This document shows, piece by piece, positions 27,087-32,000 of a stretch of DNA of 32,000 bases. The DNA is from Prochlorococcus sp. MIT 0801 (lineage in GTDB: Bacteria > Cyanobacteriota > Cyanobacteriia > PCC-6307 > Cyanobiaceae), in the NCBI RefSeq assembly GCF_000757865.1, contig NZ_CP007754.1, forward strand, positions 330,001-362,000, in the 5' to 3' direction. The translations under genes were made by a program, and so were the position numbers. Each line of letters begins with the position of its first letter. The stretch's first letter is position 1. The notes beneath the pieces were generated by a model. The model was not told the DNA's origin and did no database searches. It worked only from the letters and a program-made list of their open reading frames with translations.

Positions 27087-28391
27087 GTGCAATCTAATCC
27101 ATTTAATAATCTACCGAAAATCAATAAAATAGACGCTATCAATATTCTTAGAAGACCAATTTCTGAGGTTAAGCTTTTAGCAGATTATTATAAGGCTGTA
27201 TTCCACTTAGCAAATTTTCCTTGTGAAGAATCAGAACTGGTCCTTCTTGACTTTATTAAATATGACTGTGAAAAACTTGAATATAAGATAGCTAAAAGGA
27301 AAGCAATTGAGGTACTCGCTAATTTCGGTTGTAAACAAGCCATCCAAGCTATTGCGGAGTTTCTAGAAAATGATGATGATTATCTTGTTGAGACAGTTAT
27401 TTGGTCATTAGCTAAACTTAAATGTAATGATATTGATATCATTAACAAGATTTGTTCAAAATTATATAAGCAATTTAATAATAAAAGAGTAGTAATACAA
27501 ACATTAACTCATTTAGGAGTTAGAAAAGAAATAGATATGATTAGATCATTATCAAGAGATAAACAATCCTCCAATGGAGTTAAAGGAGCCTCTTTTGCGG
27601 CATTAATAAAACTTGCTGGTGAAGAGGATAAGCTGACTGATCTGAAAAGATTTTTGAGACTATCAAATCAAAATGATAGACATTGTGCAGTTCAAGATAT
27701 TATAAATGCTGGTCATCTATCTGTTTTACCTGATTTAATTAAGGCGCCACTTTCTCCATCATTTAAATTACAGGCAATAGATTCTCTTTGGATTAATGAA
27801 GTAGTATTATGTGAAAATATAAATCTATTTAATTGTATAGACTCCGTAGTTGTTGATGATCCAAGGAATATAGATACTTTAGAAATTAATAATTTTAATA
27901 ATGACTTGAGTTTTCTTGTTGAGCAACTCTTTCATACAGATTTTAATAGATGTTATAAGTCAATTAAAGAATTAATAAAATTCCCTTTAGATAAAGTTTT
28001 ATATTTTCTAAATAAAAATTGGGATAGAGCAAAATCAGATTATGGGGCCATATATTTCTTTATTAATGTATATAAATTACTATTAGATCAGCAATTATAT
28101 GATGAATTGCTTTTAGATAAAGTAGGTTTTTTACTATCCAATAATTGGCCTGATTATATGAAATTTAAATCTTCAGCAATACAAATATTGGGTCGTTTAA
28201 ATGAAAATAGATTTTATAATAACTTAATTTATTTTTCAGATGAGAGTCATACACCTTATTGGAAAAATAGATATACTGCTTTGCTTGTATTACAAAATAA
28301 GCAAATTCATATTAAAAATAAATTCGCTAAATTATTTTTGAATGATAGTCATAGATTTGTGAGATTAAAAGCAAAAGAAATTAGTACTTAG
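27087..28391 (+). CDS. cpeY: Phycoerythrobilin lyase subunit CpeY (large E/F-type HEAT-repeat protein)
   Basis: 434 aa. HEAT-like repeats (AKRKAIEVLANFGCKQAIQAIAEFLENDDDYLVETVIWSLAKL). The size and cluster position are typical of CpeY. GTG start at 27087. Confidence 0.75.
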   Translation: MQSNPFNNLPKINKIDAINILRRPISEVKLLADYYKAVFHLANFPCEESELVLLDFIKYDCEKLEYKIAKRKAIEVLANFGCKQAIQAIAEFLENDDDYLVETVIWSLAKLKCNDIDIINKICSKLYKQFNNKRVVIQTLTHLGVRKEIDMIRSLSRDKQSSNGVKGASFAALIKLAGEEDKLTDLKRFLRLSNQNDRHCAVQDIINAGHLSVLPDLIKAPLSPSFKLQAIDSLWINEVVLCENINLFNCIDSVVVDDPRNIDTLEINNFNNDLSFLVEQLFHTDFNRCYKSIKELIKFPLDKVLYFLNKNWDRAKSDYGAIYFFINVYKLLLDQQLYDELLLDKVGFLLSNNWPDYMKFKSSAIQILGRLNENRFYNNLIYFSDESHTPYWKNRYTALLVLQNKQIHIKNKFAKLFLNDSHRFVRLKAKEIST

Positions 28392-28424
28392 TTTATTTCT
28401 CTTTAGTTAAGGTAATGAGAATCT

Positions 28425-29024
28425 TTATTTCCAATTCTCGTTAATGAAACAATCAAAATTAACTATTTTTTTAAATATTAATGGCCCAAACTCTGATCCC
28501 CAAACTTTTTTATCAGTTTCTATTGCATATCCAGAATCTTCTGAAATAAGAAGGTTTTTGTTCACTGTTACTTTACTTTTTACATAAGTCTTATCACTCC
28601 CATATTCTATATAGCATTTACAACCTGATTCGAGAGATCCTAAAAAATTTCCTGGGTTTGTTTCTTTAAAATACATAGAACACCCAGACTTTTTACATAA
28701 CTTATATTTAGATATGTTGTCTAGAAGAGATATATCTAATGCACCACCAGTAAATCTTTCTTTGTCTTCAATCTTATAATTACTAAAAATAAAAATTTCT
28801 TCTTCTTGGGATAACTTATTTATAGACTGCCTATAAGGATTCCATATGTCGTGTTGATATCTCTGTTCAGAGTAAAACGCAAAACATTTATAAGTTTTAA
28901 AAAATAATGGCCTAATATGTATTTGAATATGTGCAAATTTTTTTGGATTATTTAAAGCTTGTTCCTTATTACTAAATACGCCTGAAAGTATCTTTGAAAA
29001 TTCTAGGATAGTTTTTTTTCTCAT
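28425..29024 (-). CDS. cpeT: T-type phycobiliprotein lyase (CpcT/CpeT family)
   Basis: 199 aa. The N-terminus LSGVFSNKEQALNNPKKFAHIQIHIRP is the CpcT/CpeT signature (FSN..QA...P..FAHI). Confidence 0.85.
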   Translation of the reverse strand: MRKKTILEFSKILSGVFSNKEQALNNPKKFAHIQIHIRPLFFKTYKCFAFYSEQRYQHDIWNPYRQSINKLSQEEEIFIFSNYKIEDKERFTGGALDISLLDNISKYKLCKKSGCSMYFKETNPGNFLGSLESGCKCYIEYGSDKTYVKSKVTVNKNLLISEDSGYAIETDKKVWGSEFGPLIFKKIVNFDCFINENWK

Positions 29025-29037
29025 CTTTATATATTAT

Positions 29038-29571
29038 TTATTTTTTTAAAGAACGAATCTCAGATGCATAAGATGTTTGAAGGATTGCTAATGAATCTAG
29101 TGATCTTGTAACAGAAGATCTACTCCTTAAATTGTTTGAGATAAACCATATTCTTTCCTCTGTGCAAATATGACTGTATTCTGAATAAATAATTAGAGTT
29201 CCATCAGCAAGAATTTTATATAATGACACTACTTGAATTGCTTCAGTGTATCCAACGCTCCTAACTATTTTTCCTTTTGTTTTAGAGACTTCTATAGGAA
29301 CAAGTATACTTTCTCCAGAAGAGTTCCCTTTTTGATTCTCCTCACCCCATTCACTTTTTGCTTCCCAACTAATTAGGAATGCTTTATTTAGTGCTTTAGT
29401 AGTTATTAAATTATCTTTTAAAAATTTAATAACTCTTGCGTCGTTAGGTTTAGAAGGTGATATTTTTATTTTACTTCTTATTTCTTCAAATTCTTGAAAT
29501 GCTAGAGAATGTCCGCTTCTCATTGAATTCCATTCCCCAACGCTTTTTAAGAAAAATTCTTTAATATTCAT
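29038..29571 (-). CDS. cpeS: S-type phycobiliprotein lyase (CpcS/CpeS family)
   Basis: 177 aa. MNIKEFFLKSVGEWNSMRSGHSLAF matches the CpeS N-terminal motif (F...S.G.W.S.RS.H). The length is typical of a lipocalin-like lyase. Confidence 0.85.
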   Translation of the reverse strand: MNIKEFFLKSVGEWNSMRSGHSLAFQEFEEIRSKIKISPSKPNDARVIKFLKDNLITTKALNKAFLISWEAKSEWGEENQKGNSSGESILVPIEVSKTKGKIVRSVGYTEAIQVVSLYKILADGTLIIYSEYSHICTEERIWFISNNLRSRSSVTRSLDSLAILQTSYASEIRSLKK

Positions 29572-29610
29572 CTACTTTAATTGGATTGCTATTAATTTAT
29601 TTTTAAAAGA

Positions 29611-30402
29611 TTAAATAATTTTACAAATATCACTTGTCGCAAAAGCTTTAGTTAAGTACGAAGTTTCTAGGAAACTTTTTGTTTTAAAACCAGTCGGAGA
29701 ATTCCATGATCTCATGTATGGAACAATATCTTCGCCAAAAATATTATTATATTCATTAGAATCTATTAGAAAATCAATATGCGCTTCAAAACCTAGGTTA
29801 TTTATAATATATGAACTTTGAGTTACTTCGCTTTTACTTTTGATGGGCCTACCAAGAATATGCTTGTATCTTAATTTGATAGCTTTATATTGGCTAATAC
29901 CATCAAAGTAGAAATTTCTATAAATAGTTGATTTACAAATTTTCCTTGTAAATTCTCTTACTGTGAGATCACCATTCCTTAGTTTCCTTTCAATATCAAT
30001 TGGACGCTCCGATTGCATTAATAATAAGTTTCCAAAGATGTGTTTATATAATGCATTGATTGCTACAAGTAATGCATCATCATCATTAGGAGCAAATTCA
30101 TTGATTTGAAGCATATTTATTTCAGCACTTTCCTTATTTAATATTTTGTATTTATAACTTTCAATCTTCCCCCTTTTGTAACTGCTCATAACTTTGTTAT
30201 GAATTAAGTTTTCGAATTGCTTAGGTTTGGTTTTAGATGTGACTGTGAATTTCTCTTTTTTTCCTGGCATTGATGCTCCTCTTATATGTAATCCATACGT
30301 TGTTTTTTTGCTTCCAGATACTCTACTTTTGTTAAACTTAACTGGATCCTTATTGATAGCTTCTGCTCCTATTTTAAGCGCTTTAAAAGGAATACTTGAC
30401 AT
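29611..30402 (-). CDS. ppeC: Phycoerythrin-associated linker polypeptide (PBS linker domain)
   Basis: 263 aa. PBS-linker domain motifs: AINALYKHIFGNLLLMQSERP, LRNGDLTVREFTRKICKSTIYRNFYF and YKHILGRP. First gene of the ppeC-cpeS-cpeT minus-strand run. Confidence 0.85.
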   Translation of the reverse strand: MSSIPFKALKIGAEAINKDPVKFNKSRVSGSKKTTYGLHIRGASMPGKKEKFTVTSKTKPKQFENLIHNKVMSSYKRGKIESYKYKILNKESAEINMLQINEFAPNDDDALLVAINALYKHIFGNLLLMQSERPIDIERKLRNGDLTVREFTRKICKSTIYRNFYFDGISQYKAIKLRYKHILGRPIKSKSEVTQSSYIINNLGFEAHIDFLIDSNEYNNIFGEDIVPYMRSWNSPTGFKTKSFLETSYLTKAFATSDICKII

Positions 30403-30506
30403 ATCAATACTTAATACTAATTTAGTTTAACAATATGATGAGAATAAATATAAATTTTTTATTTTTAGTTATCTATATTATTTAATTTCTTAATAATTTT
30501 TTAAAT

Positions 30507-31166
30507 TCATTGGCTTTTTTTCTGCGTTTCGGAAACTTTATTTTTATTAAATCCAGTAATAGTGGCTAGTGCAAACATTCCAAGTAAGGCACCCCCCAAC
30601 ATTAGTCCAGCGCCCTGACTTACGCCTGCTCCAACTGCAACAATAATTGAATCACTTATTAATAAACTGATTATTAGAGCGGGCGTGAAAAGCCTCCATC
30701 GTGTTCCCCCTATCCCTAACGCGTAGCTTAAAAAGTCAAAAAGTCCAGTCATTAGTAGTCCAGTCATTAGAAAGAAATTTCCCTCTAGTTGATTTTGGTT
30801 GAAACTTTCAATTCTTTTCATGGCTTTTATGCCAACTAATTTCCGAACAGGAGCTCGGCCGAAATTTCTAGCTATAAAAAATGCTATCTGGCAAAAAATT
30901 AGGTCAGATATAAAAATAGTTAGATAACCTGTTTTGAAACCAAGTAATGATCCGGCTAAAAGTGAATAAACTGAGCTAGGTAATGCTGGAAGGATTACGC
31001 TAATTCCTCGAAGTATCAGAATTCCCAGAGGTGCCCAAATGCCCATTTCTTTAACGGCACTTCTTAATGGTTCAATTCCATACGTCTGAATTAAGAAGAC
31101 AAGTAAAATGAAAGCACCTATAAAAAATGCAATAGTCAGGTATTTTTGTAATTTTTCTTTTTTCAA
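30507..31166 (-). CDS. TVP38/TMEM64 (DedA/SNARE-associated) family integral membrane protein
   Basis: 219 aa, polytopic and hydrophobic. LPALPSSVYSLLAGSLLG followed by ARNFGR resembles the DedA/TVP38 core. Assignment is by overall pattern only. Confidence 0.6.
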   Translation of the reverse strand: MKKEKLQKYLTIAFFIGAFILLVFLIQTYGIEPLRSAVKEMGIWAPLGILILRGISVILPALPSSVYSLLAGSLLGFKTGYLTIFISDLIFCQIAFFIARNFGRAPVRKLVGIKAMKRIESFNQNQLEGNFFLMTGLLMTGLFDFLSYALGIGGTRWRLFTPALIISLLISDSIIVAVGAGVSQGAGLMLGGALLGMFALATITGFNKNKVSETQKKSQ

Positions 31167-31334
31167 ATTGAACTCCTAGATATAGAGGATAAGCTCTTAA
31201 AAGACTTCTATGTAAATTAACCTATTTAAAATGTGTTTGATTTAGTTAATCCATAAAGATTTACGTGACATAAAATTAATCAATTTTCTACTTTTTAGCA
31301 CGATACTAAGATAAACTTTTAAGCGTAAAATTTT

Positions 31335-32000
31335 GTGCCCACAGCTCCTGTCAAAAACTTGGTTACTGGAGGGGCTGGCATCATTGGTTCTCATTTGGTT
31401 GATCGTTTAATTAAGTCTGGAGAAAAAGTTATATGTTTGGATAATTTTTTTACTGTGTGTAAAGAAAATATTGCACATTGGATTGGAAATCCATCTTTTG
31501 AGCTTATACATCAACCTTGCCGAACAAATCAAGCTTGATGTGGATACGATTTGGCATTTAGCTTGTCCAGCTTCTCCAATTCATTTTCAATTCAACCCTA
31601 TTAAAACAGCTAAAACGAGCTTTCTTGGGACTTATGATTTGCTCGGATTCTCTAGGAGAGTTGGAACTCGAATATTATTCGCAAGTATTAGTGAAGTTTA
31701 TGGAAATCCCGAAATACATCCTCAACTTTAAAACCATAACGGCAATGTAAACCCTGTAGGAATTCGTAGTTGCAACGATGAAGGTAAACGTATTGCGGAA
31801 TCATTGTGTTATGACTGCGTGAGAATACATGGTGTAGAAATAAGAATTGCCAGAATTTTTAATATCTATGGTCTTCGAATGTTATTAAATGATGGAAGAC
31901 TTGTTATCAACTTATTAGTTCAATCAATAAATGGAAATGACTTAATTATTTATGAAAATGGTAATAAAAAAAGAAGCGTTTGTTTTGCTGATGACTTGAT
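31335..32000 (+). pseudogene. Decayed UDP-glucuronate decarboxylase / dTDP-glucose 4,6-dehydratase-like extended-SDR gene (frameshift plus in-frame stop); continues beyond the window
   Basis: Three collinear fragments of one SDR.
1. 31335-31538: [18 protein letters not shown]...[28 protein letters not shown], then out of frame.
2. The +1 frame from about 31515: [37 protein letters not shown]...FASISEVYGNPEIHPQL, ending at TAA 31729-31731.
3. Same frame continuing: NHNGNVNPVGIRSCNDEGKRIAESLCYD...ARIFNIYGLRM.
The catalytic Thr (TSEVYG to ISEVYG) and Tyr (YDEGK to NDEGK) are both replaced. Confidence 0.85.

Noticed and set aside
31335-31731. Treating 31335-31538 and 31471-31731 as two separate small genes.
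   Set aside because: They are consecutive segments of one SDR decarboxylase/dehydratase sequence separated by a frameshift, and the homology continues past the stop at 31729. I annotated them as a single pseudogene.

Overview
The window reads as a chromosomal core region of a low-GC marine picocyanobacterium. It is most consistent with a low-light-adapted Prochlorococcus marinus (SS120/NATL-like). The main reason is a complete phycoerythrin cluster (cpeB, cpeA, lyase genes, ppeC linker) next to typical Prochlorococcus housekeeping and photosynthesis genes.

Gene order, left to right:
- carotenoid cleavage dioxygenase (3' end truncated by the window edge), hisB, fabI
- thioredoxin-like protein, DegT-type aminotransferase
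- photolyase, NUDIX hydrolase and folK, co-directional on the minus strand
- chlD
- MlaD/MlaF-like (TGD2/TGD3-like) ABC pair
- YvcK/CofD-like protein
- ndhC-ndhK-ndhJ (minus strand), divergent from rubA-ycf48-psbE-psbL-psbJ
- mtnP
- oxidoreductase-SelD fusion
- CCA-adding/poly(A) polymerase family enzyme
- pcrA/uvrD helicase
- phycoerythrin cluster: cpeB, cpeA, cpeZ, mpeX, cpeY, cpeT, cpeS, ppeC
- TVP38/DedA-like membrane protein
- decayed UDP-glucuronate decarboxylase-like pseudogene running off the 3' edge

Nearly every base is explained by recognisable genes. I see no rRNA or tRNA genes, CRISPR array, transposase, integrase, phage genes or defence-island signature. I therefore do not claim a new multi-gene system here.

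The points most worth a second look:
1. psbF is missing from the otherwise canonical psbE-(F)-L-J operon. Only 29 nt separate psbE from psbL.
2. The SDR sugar-nucleotide gene flanking the phycoerythrin cluster is caught in the act of decay.
3. The phycoerythrin cluster has more lyase-type genes than bilin attachment sites, and a 3 x 8-nt tandem repeat sits in the cpeB leader.
4. Several compact-genome overlaps occur: two ATGA start/stop overlaps, head-to-head overlapping start codons, and a stop codon inside a bidirectional terminator loop.

All functional calls come from reading the translations by eye against remembered family motifs. No searches were run.
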